Shown here: in pieces, positions 45,448 to 55,572 of the stretch
How positions within the stretch are numbered: the first letter of the stretch is position 1
Layout of the letters: every line of letters starts with the position of its first letter
Assembly (NCBI GenBank): GCA_964371535.1
Contig: CAYJMH010000010.1
Coordinates: forward strand, 2,607 to 66,606
Reading direction: 5' to 3'
Length of the DNA: 64,000 nucleotides
From: an uncultured Bacteroides sp.
GTDB taxonomy: Bacteria > Bacillota > Clostridia > Oscillospirales > Ruminococcaceae
Translations under genes and position numbers: made by a program
Notes under the pieces: model-generated
Databases searched by the model: none
Seen by the model: only the letters and a program-made list of their open reading frames with translations
Told to the model about the DNA's origin: nothing

Positions 45448-48354
45448 ATGTTTCGCATTGGCCTTGATGTAGGCTCGACTACTTTAAAGTGTGTAGTTGT
45501 AGATAATAATGACAAAATAGTTTTTAAAAGCTATGAGAGGCACTTTTCTCAAATATCAGAGAAGACAAAAGATTTGTTGGTTGCTATTTCTAAAGAGTTT
45601 GAAAACGAAAAGAAGTTCGATATAAAAATATCGGGTTCGGCGGGCATGGGCTTTTCGAAGCGCATGGACATTGCATTTGTGCAAGAAGTTTTTGCAACAA
45701 GACATGCGGTTAAAACATTGCTTCCAAGCACAGATGTTGTAATTGAGCTTGGCGGCGAAGATGCGAAAATACTGTTTTTAAGCGGCATGCTTGAAGTTAG
45801 AATGAACGGCAGTTGTGCAGGTGGCACAGGTGCGTTTATTGACCAAATGGCTACGCTTTTGTCAATAGACCCAATGGAGATGAACGAGCTTTCGAAAAAG
45901 CACGAGAAAATTTACAGCATAGCTTCACGCTGTGGTGTTTTTGCAAAAACAGACATACAGCCACTGTTAAACCAGGGCGCAAAAAAAGAAGACGTTTCGG
46001 CTAGCATATTTAACGCAGTTGTGAACCAAACTATTGCAGGCCTTGCACAGGGCCGCACAATAGAGGGCAACGTGCTTTATTTAGGCGGGCCGTTAACGTT
46101 TTTTTCTGAGCTGCGAAATTCATTTGACACTACATTAAAATTAACAGGTACTGCACCTGAAAATGCACTTTATTATGTGGCACTTGGTGCGGCGCTAATT
46201 AATGAGGGCTCAGTTTTTGACATTAACGAGCTTATACATAAAATTGATACGCTTACACACGACGAGACATATGCATGTTGTGACCCTTTATTTGCAAATG
46301 AAGAAGAGTATAACGACTTTCAAAATAGGCATAAGATAGGCGAAATAGAAACAAAGCCGCTTAAAGGCAAGGCATACATAGGTGTAGACGCCGGCTCTAC
46401 AACATTAAAAGCCGTTCTTATTGGCGAGGACGAAGAAATTGCACTTTACAAATATACACAAAACAACGGTACTCCTGTGCCTATTGTCAAAGAATTCTTA
46501 AAAGAAGTTTACGAAAAATTTCCGAACATTGAGATTGCCGGGTTTGCAACGACAGGTTATGGCGAGGAAATAATTAAGAACGCCTTTTATGCCGACATGG
46601 GAATTGTTGAGACAATGGCGCATTTTACTGCGGCGAAGAAGTACGACCCCAGCGTGGATTTTATTATTGATATCGGCGGCCAGGATATAAAGTGCTTTAA
46701 AATAAGAAACGGTGCAATTGACAACATATTTTTAAACGAAGCATGTTCTTCAGGCTGTGGTTCATTCTTGCAAACTTTTGCCGAAGTCTTGGGGAAAAGC
46801 ACGGAAGAATTCTCAAAGCTTGGGCTTTTTGCAAATAGGCCTGTTGACCTTGGCTCCAGGTGCACTGTGTTCATGAACTCTTCTGTTAAGCAGGCGCAAA
46901 AAGATGGTGCAAGCATTGAAAATATATCGGCAGGGCTTTCAATAAGCGTTGTGAAAAATGCAATTTATAAAGTTATAAGAATGAGCAGCCCTGAGGCGCT
47001 TGGCAAACATATTGTTGTTCAAGGCGGCACGTTTTTGAACGACGCAGTGCTTAGGGCGTTTGAAAAAGAGGTGCACACCGGCGTAACACGCCCTGATATT
47101 GCAGGGCTTATGGGTGCTTTTGGTGCGGCGCTTTACGTGAAAGAGCATTTTAAAGGTGAAAGCACTGTAATAAGCAGCGAAGATTTAGACAATTTTAAGC
47201 ACGAAGTTAAGGCAACAACATGTAATTTGTGTGCAAATAAATGTAAGCTTACCGTTAACATTTTTAAGGGCGGCGCAAGGTTTATTGGCGGCAACCGCTG
47301 CGAGAAGCCGCTTAAAATGAAAAAGACGAGCGACACATATAATATGTACGAGTACAAAAAACAGCTTCTTTCAAAGTATGGTAGTTTTGACGGCGACAGA
47401 GAAACAATTGGCATACCAATGGTACTGAATATGTTTGAGTTGCTACCATTCTGGCACACATTTTTTAAAGAGCTGGGCTTTGGCGTTTCTGTTACTGACT
47501 ACTCTACAAGAGAGCTGTATTTAAAAGGCCAGCACAACATACCGTCTGACACTGTGTGCTACCCCGCAAAAATTGTACACGGGCATGTTGAGCAATTGCT
47601 TGAAAATGGCATTACGTCAATTTTTTACCCATGCATGAGCTATAATTTTGACGAGAAAAAGGGCGACAACCATTATAACTGCCCGGTTGTTGCATATTAT
47701 CCTGAGGTTATTAGTGCAAATACGCCGGCAGTTAAGCAAGTGAAGTACATTAAGGATTACTTAGGAATTCACAGGAAAAAGGACTTTGCGAAAAAAATTC
47801 ACGCTGTTTTAAAATCTAATTACGGTGAATTGCCGCTTGCAAATGTGAAAATTGCGGCAGAAAAAGCATACAATGAATACGATGAATTTATGCAAAAATT
47901 GCGTGAAAAAGGCGAGGAATATTTAAAACTTGGCAAAGAAAAAGAACTTCCTATTATAGTTTTGGCAGGAAGGCCGTATCATTTAGACCCTGAAATTAGC
48001 CATGGCATAGACAAACTTGTTTGTGACTGCGGCGCAGTACTTGTAACAGAGGACGCCGTATGTCATTTGGCAGATAAGTTTAAAACAACTGTGCTTAATC
48101 AATGGACATACCATTCAAGGCTATATACTGCGGCAAAATACATTTCAAAAAGCAAGTACAAAGACATTAATTTCGTGCAACTTGTATCGTTTGGCTGTGG
48201 GGTAGACGCCATTACAACAGACGAGATACGAAAAATATTGGAAAGAAAAAGCAAGATTTATACACAAATTAAAATAGATGAAATTACAAACTTAGGCGCA
48301 GTTAAAATAAGGTTAAGAAGCTTATTTGCCGCCACCGCAAAAGATGATGTGTAA
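45448..48354 (+). CDS. CoA-substrate-specific enzyme activase (tandem BadF/BcrA/HgdC-type ATPase domains plus DUF2229-like region)
   Basis: Two GxDxGSTT repeats, MNGSCAGGTG, NEACSSGCG, C..C...C motif, CYPAK. Confidence 0.88.
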   Translation: MFRIGLDVGSTTLKCVVVDNNDKIVFKSYERHFSQISEKTKDLLVAISKEFENEKKFDIKISGSAGMGFSKRMDIAFVQEVFATRHAVKTLLPSTDVVIELGGEDAKILFLSGMLEVRMNGSCAGGTGAFIDQMATLLSIDPMEMNELSKKHEKIYSIASRCGVFAKTDIQPLLNQGAKKEDVSASIFNAVVNQTIAGLAQGRTIEGNVLYLGGPLTFFSELRNSFDTTLKLTGTAPENALYYVALGAALINEGSVFDINELIHKIDTLTHDETYACCDPLFANEEEYNDFQNRHKIGEIETKPLKGKAYIGVDAGSTTLKAVLIGEDEEIALYKYTQNNGTPVPIVKEFLKEVYEKFPNIEIAGFATTGYGEEIIKNAFYADMGIVETMAHFTAAKKYDPSVDFIIDIGGQDIKCFKIRNGAIDNIFLNEACSSGCGSFLQTFAEVLGKSTEEFSKLGLFANRPVDLGSRCTVFMNSSVKQAQKDGASIENISAGLSISVVKNAIYKVIRMSSPEALGKHIVVQGGTFLNDAVLRAFEKEVHTGVTRPDIAGLMGAFGAALYVKEHFKGESTVISSEDLDNFKHEVKATTCNLCANKCKLTVNIFKGGARFIGGNRCEKPLKMKKTSDTYNMYEYKKQLLSKYGSFDGDRETIGIPMVLNMFELLPFWHTFFKELGFGVSVTDYSTRELYLKGQHNIPSDTVCYPAKIVHGHVEQLLENGITSIFYPCMSYNFDEKKGDNHYNCPVVAYYPEVISANTPAVKQVKYIKDYLGIHRKKDFAKKIHAVLKSNYGELPLANVKIAAEKAYNEYDEFMQKLREKGEEYLKLGKEKELPIIVLAGRPYHLDPEISHGIDKLVCDCGAVLVTEDAVCHLADKFKTTVLNQWTYHSRLYTAAKYISKSKYKDINFVQLVSFGCGVDAITTDEIRKILERKSKIYTQIKIDEITNLGAVKIRLRSLFAATAKDDV

Positions 48355-48407
48355 ATAGCGGCGTTGTTAAAAAAGGTGATGACGCAACTTTTTGGGAAGG
48401 TAAAATA

Positions 48408-49634
48408 ATGCAAAGAATAGAATTTACAAAAGAAATGCGAAAAACGCATAAAATACTTTTTCCGAATATGTGTGATATACATTTTCGGATTTTACAAAAG
48501 GTTTTTGTGAACCATGGCTATAACGTTGAGCTTCTTACACAAACAGACCAAAAATTGGTGGATGAGGGACTGAAATACGTACATAACGACACATGCTACC
48601 CTGCGCTGCTTACAATTGGGCAAATGATAGACGCGCTTAAAAGCGGTAAGTATGACTTAGAGCACACAGCACTAATGATGTCTCAGACAGGCGGCGGGTG
48701 CAGGGCGTCTAACTACATACACCTTCTTCGCAAGGCACTTATTGCCGCAGGAATGGGACACATTCCTGTCATTTCTGTTAATATTTCGGGGCTTGAAAGC
48801 AACAGCGGCTTTAAAATAACGCTGCCGCTTTTGCGCAAATCTCTTGCCGCAATAATATATGGCGACTTGATTATGTTGCTGGACAACCAAACAAAGCCGT
48901 ATGAAGTGCAAAAGGGAAGCAGTTTTGAACTAGTTAAAAAGTGGACAAACAAAATTAGCGAACAGTTTGAGCAGGGGAAAGCCATGGGCGCAAAGCAAAT
49001 GGCCATATATTTGAAAGAAATTGTTGAAGACTTTGAAAACGTAGAAAAAACCGACACAAAGAAGATAAAAGTTGGAATAGTAGGCGAAATATACATCAAA
49101 TATTCTGCACTTGCCAACAACAATTTAGAAAAATTTTTGGCCGAGCAAGGCTGTGAAGTAATGGTGCCGGGCCTTTTAGGTTTTCTGCTTTTTAAAGTTG
49201 ACAACAGGCTTGAGGACATTAACCTTTACGGTGGAAGCGCTGTAAAAAAAGTGCTTGTTAAAACGTTGTTCAACTACTTGCTTAATTTTGAAACACAGCT
49301 TATAAAATCTCTTAAAGGCAGCACTTTTACAGCGCCTGCCACATACGCACACCTTAAGCACATTGTGAAACCTTACATAGGCCTTGGTTGCAAAATGGGC
49401 GAGGGCTGGCTGCTGACAGCAGAGATGTTAGAGCTTATAGAGCAGGGCTATGGCAATATTGTGTGCGCACAGCCATTCGGTTGCTTGCCAAACCATATTG
49501 TAGGAAAAGGGATGATTCGCTCTATCAGAGAGACATATCCAAGCGCAAATATTGTGCCGATAGACTTTGACCCGGGTGCAACAAAGGTAAACCAGGAAAA
49601 CCGCATAAAACTAATGCTGTCTGTTGCACAATAG
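48408..49634 (+). CDS. 2-hydroxyacyl-CoA dehydratase-family protein
   Basis: NDTCYPA, QTGGGCRASNY, GIVGEIY, QPFGCLPNH. Confidence 0.82.
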   Translation: MQRIEFTKEMRKTHKILFPNMCDIHFRILQKVFVNHGYNVELLTQTDQKLVDEGLKYVHNDTCYPALLTIGQMIDALKSGKYDLEHTALMMSQTGGGCRASNYIHLLRKALIAAGMGHIPVISVNISGLESNSGFKITLPLLRKSLAAIIYGDLIMLLDNQTKPYEVQKGSSFELVKKWTNKISEQFEQGKAMGAKQMAIYLKEIVEDFENVEKTDTKKIKVGIVGEIYIKYSALANNNLEKFLAEQGCEVMVPGLLGFLLFKVDNRLEDINLYGGSAVKKVLVKTLFNYLLNFETQLIKSLKGSTFTAPATYAHLKHIVKPYIGLGCKMGEGWLLTAEMLELIEQGYGNIVCAQPFGCLPNHIVGKGMIRSIRETYPSANIVPIDFDPGATKVNQENRIKLMLSVAQ

Positions 49635-49744
49635 CGTGAAATTTGAAAATTATGCGAAACATATATGTGGCTAAAAAATGAAAGAACAGACCTTTGCCAC
49701 ATTTGACAAAAACATGCTTTTTTGATAAGATTAAGACAAATATT

Positions 49745-49823
49745 AAAAGTTTTACTAAATTTTTTCGGGGAAATTTCGGGTTCTTAGCGCGTCGCCCTAA
49801 GGTGTTTTCCACAGAAGCCGCAA
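49745..49823 (+). repeat. REP-like dispersed repeat, copy 2
   Basis: 66/79 ungapped identity (hand count) to the reverse complement of 51261-51339. Confidence 0.85.
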
Positions 49824-49938
49824 CTTAAAAAGCGAAAAGCGCGAAATTAGAGAAAAAACGCACGAAGTTTACTAACTTCAAATTATGACGACATTATGCA
49901 GTAGTTATTACAGAATAAAATATTTTTTGCTTTCATTA

Positions 49939-49970
49939 TGTATTGATGGAAGCTTTTTTTATACGTATCA
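49939..49970 (+). terminator. terminator-like hairpin 40 bp upstream of the ahcY-like gene
   Basis: GCTTTCATTA-TGTAT-TGATGGAAGC followed by T7. Confidence 0.5.
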
Positions 49971-50010
49971 ATTTTATATTTAATTAACAATTTGAGTAAG
50001 GAGTAAAAAT

Positions 50011-51189
50011 ATGTCATCTATTATCACGAATAATAATTTATCAAACGACGGAAGTTCTCGCATGGGTTGGTTTCGTGAGAGAATGCCAATAATTGCACAA
50101 ATAAACGAAAATATTGCAAGCAGCCAAATTTTTAGCGGTAAAACAATTGCTATATGCATGCATATAGAGCCAAAAACTGCATTTTGGGTTGAAGGTATTT
50201 TGGCGGCGGGCGCAAAGCATGTATATTTAGTTGGCTGCTTGGGCACAACAAAAGACGACACAGCAGCATATTTGGCAGGCTTGCAAAACATGACTGTTTT
50301 GGGGAAATCTTCAGATACGTATGATGACCATAAAAGATATATAAACAAAGTGCTTGAAAATAAAATTGATTTATTTTTGGACAATGGGGCAAGCTTTATT
50401 ATTGCGCACAGCATGTTAAACCCGGGTTGGCTGCCGCTTGGCGCAAACGAGGAGACACGCAGCGGAAAGCTTTTGATTGAACAACAGGGCATAAAAACTA
50501 ATTATCCTGTTGTTGTAATTGACGATTCTCCGCTTAAACAATTGCTTGAAAATTTCACAGGTGTTGGGCAATCTGTTGCCGACGGGTTTATGCGTGCAAC
50601 AAGCCTTTTAGTTGGCGGAAAAAATGTGCTGGTTATAGGCTATGGCTATTGTGGAAGCGGAATTGCAAGCAAGTTCAAAGGCCTTGGCGCAAACACTTTT
50701 GTTTACGACATTGACCCGCTTTACCTTTTGAAAGCAAAAGTAGAGGGGCACACAGTAGGCAATTTAGAGGATTTGTTGCCGCAAGCAGATGTAATAATTA
50801 CTGTAACGGGCCGTTTCAATATATTAACAAATCAGCATGTACCACTGCTTAAAAAAGGCGCTATTTTGGCAAACAGTGGGCATTACGGCTTTGAAATTGA
50901 CGCAAGCAGCATAAAAGAACAAGCAAAAAGTGTTGAGCAGATTAAAAAAGGCGTTGAGAAAATACAGTTTAGTGACAAACATATATATCTTTTAGAAAAT
51001 GCCGCACCGTTGAATTTAAGTGCAGGCGACGGAAACCCGATTGAAATAATGGATTTAGGGCTTGGGCTTCAAACGCTGTGTGCAGTTGAAATAATAAAAA
51101 ACAGCAAAGAGTTAAAAGACGGACTTCAAGCCGTGCCGTACAAAATTACACAAGATGTAAGCCGAATTACATTAGACGTGTTAAAATAG
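50011..51189 (+). CDS. ahcY: adenosylhomocysteinase (SAH hydrolase)-like protein, divergent
   Basis: MHIEPKT, EETRSG, GYGYCGSG, NSGHY, NLSAGDGNPIEIMD motifs match the short bacterial/archaeal AhcY type, with several substitutions. Confidence 0.75.
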   Translation: MSSIITNNNLSNDGSSRMGWFRERMPIIAQINENIASSQIFSGKTIAICMHIEPKTAFWVEGILAAGAKHVYLVGCLGTTKDDTAAYLAGLQNMTVLGKSSDTYDDHKRYINKVLENKIDLFLDNGASFIIAHSMLNPGWLPLGANEETRSGKLLIEQQGIKTNYPVVVIDDSPLKQLLENFTGVGQSVADGFMRATSLLVGGKNVLVIGYGYCGSGIASKFKGLGANTFVYDIDPLYLLKAKVEGHTVGNLEDLLPQADVIITVTGRFNILTNQHVPLLKKGAILANSGHYGFEIDASSIKEQAKSVEQIKKGVEKIQFSDKHIYLLENAAPLNLSAGDGNPIEIMDLGLGLQTLCAVEIIKNSKELKDGLQAVPYKITQDVSRITLDVLK

Positions 51190-51260
51190 CGCATTATTAC
51201 TTAAAGAGCAGTGGCAAGGAAACTTTTTTATCGCAAAAAGTTTCCTCTTTGCCAATAAGC

Positions 51261-51339
51261 TTGCGGTTTCTGCGGAAAACGCCTTAGGGCTCTGCCCTAA
51301 GAACCCGAAATTTTTTGTAAAAAATTTAGTAAAATTTTT
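51261..51339 (-). repeat. REP-like dispersed repeat, copy 3 (inverted relative to copy 2)
   Basis: Contains the hairpin CTTAGGGC-AGA-GCCCTAAG on the minus strand. Confidence 0.85.
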
Positions 51340-51417
51340 GATGTTAGTAATGATGGCGAACCGATGAAATTAGTAAATACAATGCTAATTGGTTGTTTTA
51401 TGTTAAAAGGAGAAAAA

Positions 51418-52569
51418 ATGAAAATAAAAAATTTAGTATTGTATATTATTACAGTATTGATATCGGCAGCACTTATTTTTGTTGGATATAACTACACGAA
51501 AAATGACACAATAACAGATGTAGCAACGAATTATTATATAAAAGCTGTTGTCTTATCCGTTGATGATAACTTGTACGAAACCCCTTTGCCGCAAAATCAA
51601 GACACCCTGTCCCTCTCGAAGAAGACAGGAATTGTATTTACAGCACAAATAATTTCGCAAAGCAATGAAGGCGAAATTGTGCAAGCAAGACAAATGATAC
51701 TGTATGAAGACGAATTAGAGGTTTCGGCAGGCGATAAGGTGCTGTTGGTGTATACAGAAGCAATGGCTGCCGAGAATGGCTGGTATTTTTCAGGGTTTTA
51801 CAGGTTCGATTACGCAGTTTGTCTGATAGCAGCGTTTTTATTGCTAATACTAATTATTGGCAAGTTGAAAGGTGTAAGTACAATAATATCGCTTATACTA
51901 ACATGTGCCGCTATTTTTGCTGTATTTATACCTGGCATATTAAAGGGTATAAATATATATTATTTAACTGTTTGTGTAACGCTGTATATAATAATTATGA
52001 GTATTATTATACTTAATGGCTTTAGTAAAAAGACATTTTGTGCTATTATGGGCAACATATGCGGTGTTGCAATATCGGCCGGGCTTGCCCTGTTTGTCAA
52101 TGGTGCTTTAAAAGTAACCGGCCTTGTGGACCAAGAGTATATATACTTAACATATATAAACCCTGAAAACCCGCTTAATTTGAAAGCTTTAGTTTGGGCA
52201 GGTATAGTCATAGGCTCTTTAGGTGCGATAATGGATATAGCTGTAACTTTGGCGTCATCAGTGAAAGAACTTTCAGACCATATGGAAGAAAAAAGGTTCA
52301 TGAAACTTTTTAAATCAGGCATGAACATAGGCAAAGACACTGTGGGTACAATGACAAATACATTAATACTGGCGTATATAGGAAGCTCTATGGCAATGGT
52401 GTTGCTGTTTGTGGCTTATAATCACAGCTTTTTGTTCCTGTTGAACCTAGAGCTTATTATAGTAGAAATAGCGCAGGCAGTAGTTGGCAGCATTGGCATA
52501 TTAGCCGCAGTGCCTATGACAGTGGGCATAGCTTCATACGTTTTCAGTAAGCGTGGCCGCAAACATTAA
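51418..52569 (+). CDS. YibE/F-family membrane protein
   Basis: IGSLGAIMD, SGMNIGKD, GTMTNTLILAY; SD AAGGAG before ATG 51418. Confidence 0.88.
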   Translation: MKIKNLVLYIITVLISAALIFVGYNYTKNDTITDVATNYYIKAVVLSVDDNLYETPLPQNQDTLSLSKKTGIVFTAQIISQSNEGEIVQARQMILYEDELEVSAGDKVLLVYTEAMAAENGWYFSGFYRFDYAVCLIAAFLLLILIIGKLKGVSTIISLILTCAAIFAVFIPGILKGINIYYLTVCVTLYIIIMSIIILNGFSKKTFCAIMGNICGVAISAGLALFVNGALKVTGLVDQEYIYLTYINPENPLNLKALVWAGIVIGSLGAIMDIAVTLASSVKELSDHMEEKRFMKLFKSGMNIGKDTVGTMTNTLILAYIGSSMAMVLLFVAYNHSFLFLLNLELIIVEIAQAVVGSIGILAAVPMTVGIASYVFSKRGRKH

Positions 52570-52575
52570 GTGAGT

Positions 52576-53508
52576 TTATTCAAAATTAAAAAGTTCTGTC
52601 GAAATATACCTTTCGCCTGTGTCGGGCAGTATTGTGACTATGGTTTTACCGGCGTTTTCACTGCGCAGTGCCAACTGCTTTACGGCGCAAAGTGCAGCAC
52701 CTGAAGATATGCCCACAAGCAACCCTTCTTGCGTTGCAGCACTTCGCGAATTGCGAAAAGCATCTTCGTCACTAACACAAATTACCTCGTCAATTATTTT
52801 GGTGTCAAGAATTTTAGGTATAAAGTTTGCGCCAATACCTTGTATTGCGTGCCCGCCCGCACTTCCGCCGCTTAACAGCGGCGATTTTTTTGGCTCTATT
52901 GCCACAACTTTTATGTTTGTGTTTTGCTGTTTTAAGTATTTGCCCACGCCTGTCAGCGTGCCGCCTGTGCCAACACACGCTGTAAATATGTCTATTTTGC
53001 CGTCTGTGTCATTCCAAATTTCAGGGCCTGTTTGCATGAAATGCGCCTTGGCATTGAACTCGTTTTCAAATTGCATTGGCATAAAACTGTTTTGTATGGT
53101 ACTTTTTAATTCATGCGCCTTTTCTATTGCACCGGCCATGCCCTTAGCCCCCTGTGTCAGAACAACGCTTGCGCCGTACGCTTTTAAAAGCTGTTGGCGC
53201 TCAATGCTCATAGTTTCAGGCATTGTTAAAATTAGCTTTAGGTCTAAATATGCGCATATTACAGCAAGCCCTATGCCTGTGTTGCCGCTTGTGGGTTCAA
53301 TTATTGTTGTGTTATTATCAATTTCCTTTGCTTCAATTGCTTTTTCAAGCATATATTTTGCGGGCCTGTCTTTAATGCTGGCGCCCGGGTTGTTTTTTTC
53401 AACCTTAGCCAAAATTATAGCGGTAGTTTCCAGTAATTTTTCTGTTTTTGCCAAACGTAACATAGGTGTGTTGCCTATCATTTTTGTAATATTTTCATAT
53501 ATTTTCAT
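52576..53508 (-). CDS. cysK: cysteine synthase A
   Basis: NPGASIKDR, EPTSGNTG, GTGGT, HAIQGIG, PDTGERY. Confidence 0.95.
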   Translation of the reverse strand: MKIYENITKMIGNTPMLRLAKTEKLLETTAIILAKVEKNNPGASIKDRPAKYMLEKAIEAKEIDNNTTIIEPTSGNTGIGLAVICAYLDLKLILTMPETMSIERQQLLKAYGASVVLTQGAKGMAGAIEKAHELKSTIQNSFMPMQFENEFNAKAHFMQTGPEIWNDTDGKIDIFTACVGTGGTLTGVGKYLKQQNTNIKVVAIEPKKSPLLSGGSAGGHAIQGIGANFIPKILDTKIIDEVICVSDEDAFRNSRSAATQEGLLVGISSGAALCAVKQLALRSENAGKTIVTILPDTGERYISTELFNFE

Positions 53509-53614
53509 ACTAAAACCTCTATTTTTTATTTACATAAACATATTAAACATGCTATAATGTAATCTCTATGTAATTGTATCATAATTATGCATTTATTGAA
53601 AGGGAGTTCGAGTT

Positions 53615-55054
53615 ATGGATAATACGATTTTTATTGCTGTTATTATTGTTTTATGTGTTGCTTTTGTTGCGGCGTTATTGTATTGTTTTGTAATGTTTAA
53701 AAAAGTAAAGGCAAAAAACAGCTTAATTGATGCGTTGAGTAAAGATACGGTTACCGGGCTTAACACGCGCACAAAGTTTTGCGAAGAAGTAGAAAAAATT
53801 CTGAAGGACGCAAAACCGGGCGAATATATGCTGATTTCTTTAGACATTGATTCTTTTAAGATAATAAATGAAATATATGGGTATAAAGTGGGCACTTTAG
53901 TGCTTGAAAAGGTGTCTGAACTTTTAACAGAAGCTTATTCAGAGCAAAGCATTATTGCACGAGACAAAGATGATGTTTTTCTTGTTTTTAGGTCGTATAC
54001 ATCGTCTCAGCGTAATATTTGTTTTAAAGAAATGTGCGATGACTGCCTGATAAAAGGTGTAAGAGAAATATTGGGCGAACATTATGACATTAACTTTAGC
54101 CGTGGCAGCTATAAAATTGATAACACACAAGAATCTATTAACTTGATGATTGACCTAAGCAACCGTGCACGTATGGAAGGCAAAAAAATTCATGGCACAA
54201 CTTATTTTGAGTTCACTGAGCAAATGCGAATTGAACGCGAACAAGTGAAAAAAATTGTGTACAGCATGGAGAATGCACTTAAAAGCGGTGAGTTTAAACT
54301 GTTCTATCAACCGAAAATAGAGCTTAAAGCATACACAATTGCAGGGGCAGAGGCACTTGTTAGATGGTTTACAAGCGATGATGAACAAATATCGCCTGAT
54401 AAATTTATACATATTTTTGAAGAAAATAATTTTATAAACGAGCTTGATTTTTACGTATTTGAAGAGGCGTGCAAATTTATAAGCGTTAATTCAAGCAAAG
54501 TTGATGTTCCGCGTATTTCTGTGAATGTGTCAGGCGTTACACTAATGAAAAACAAAAATATTGTGCAAAAACTTTCGTCAATTCTTCGCAAGCACAAACT
54601 AAGCAGAAATGCAGTAGACTTGGAAATTACAGAAAGCTTTTTTGTTAAAGACATACATACTGTTTCAAGAAAAGTAGAAGACTTGCGCGATGCAGGGTTT
54701 AAAATATCAATAGATGATTTTGGCTCGGGTGAGTCATCATTAAACAGCTTGCGTGACATTAAAGTGGACACGTTGAAACTTGATAAAGAGCTGTTAAATT
54801 ATAACTTAAACGAAACAAGGGGCACCATTATTGTTGGCAACCTAATTAAAATGGCAAAAAACCTTATGACGGAAATTGTTGCCGAGGGAATAGAAGACCA
54901 ATACCATTTAGACATGCTTAGGATGTTAAAATGTGACATGGCACAAGGTTATTTGTTTGAAAAACCACTTAATGAGCATGACTTTTTGCAAATACTTGAA
55001 CAGAAAAAGAATTATGACATTAAGGCTAAAAATGCTGAAAATGATGCAAAATAA
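53615..55054 (+). CDS. membrane-anchored degenerate-GGDEF/EAL c-di-GMP phosphodiesterase
   Basis: N-terminal TM; DTVTGL and DIDSFKIINEIYG with DKDDVF in place of GGDEF; AEALVRW, EITES, DDFGSG, AEGIE, QGYLF. Confidence 0.88.
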   Translation: MDNTIFIAVIIVLCVAFVAALLYCFVMFKKVKAKNSLIDALSKDTVTGLNTRTKFCEEVEKILKDAKPGEYMLISLDIDSFKIINEIYGYKVGTLVLEKVSELLTEAYSEQSIIARDKDDVFLVFRSYTSSQRNICFKEMCDDCLIKGVREILGEHYDINFSRGSYKIDNTQESINLMIDLSNRARMEGKKIHGTTYFEFTEQMRIEREQVKKIVYSMENALKSGEFKLFYQPKIELKAYTIAGAEALVRWFTSDDEQISPDKFIHIFEENNFINELDFYVFEEACKFISVNSSKVDVPRISVNVSGVTLMKNKNIVQKLSSILRKHKLSRNAVDLEITESFFVKDIHTVSRKVEDLRDAGFKISIDDFGSGESSLNSLRDIKVDTLKLDKELLNYNLNETRGTIIVGNLIKMAKNLMTEIVAEGIEDQYHLDMLRMLKCDMAQGYLFEKPLNEHDFLQILEQKKNYDIKAKNAENDAK

Positions 55055-55159
55055 TCATAATAATTTCACAAAAAAGTGCATATAACATTTATGTACACTG
55101 TACAATGCACATGAAAAAGTGTATAATAATTAAACTACTATTTAAAAGGGGCGATTAAC

Positions 55160-55507
55160 TTGATTCAGCTTTACACAACAGTTGGCAAAGTAAGCATGAC
55201 AAATGAATATTTTCAAGGCATTGTAAGCATAGCCGCCCAAAGTTGCTACGGCGTTTGCGGCATGGTTACCGCAAGCACCACAGAAAATATTCGCAATTTA
55301 ATTTTCGGCACTTACAGCCCGGAAAAAGGCGTTAAAGTAACTGTTGAAGATGGTATGCTTTGCATAGAGCTTCATATAAAAGTAACGTATGGGCTAAATA
55401 TTTCCGCAATTGTTAAAAGCATTACGCATAAAGTTAAATATGTTGTTGAAGATGCCACAGCGCTAAAAGTTAAGCGTGTAAATGTATTTGTAGACGACAT
55501 AGTTTAA
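55160..55507 (+). CDS. Asp23/Gls24 family protein (YloU-like)
   Basis: CYGVCGM, KGVKV, YGLNI, VKYVVE; conserved position upstream of the DAK2 gene. Confidence 0.88.
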   Translation: MIQLYTTVGKVSMTNEYFQGIVSIAAQSCYGVCGMVTASTTENIRNLIFGTYSPEKGVKVTVEDGMLCIELHIKVTYGLNISAIVKSITHKVKYVVEDATALKVKRVNVFVDDIV

Positions 55508-55572
55508 GCCGGTTTGCCCACGCATTCTAAATATAATATTATTCGCAAATTTTTTTCGAGGTGACTAAATTT

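Noticed and set aside
49860..50010. SAM-I or SAH riboswitch upstream of ahcY
   Set aside because: Consensus elements are not recognisable by eye; only a terminator-like hairpin is supported.
52619..53557. 312-aa antisense ORF
   Set aside because: Shadow of cysK.
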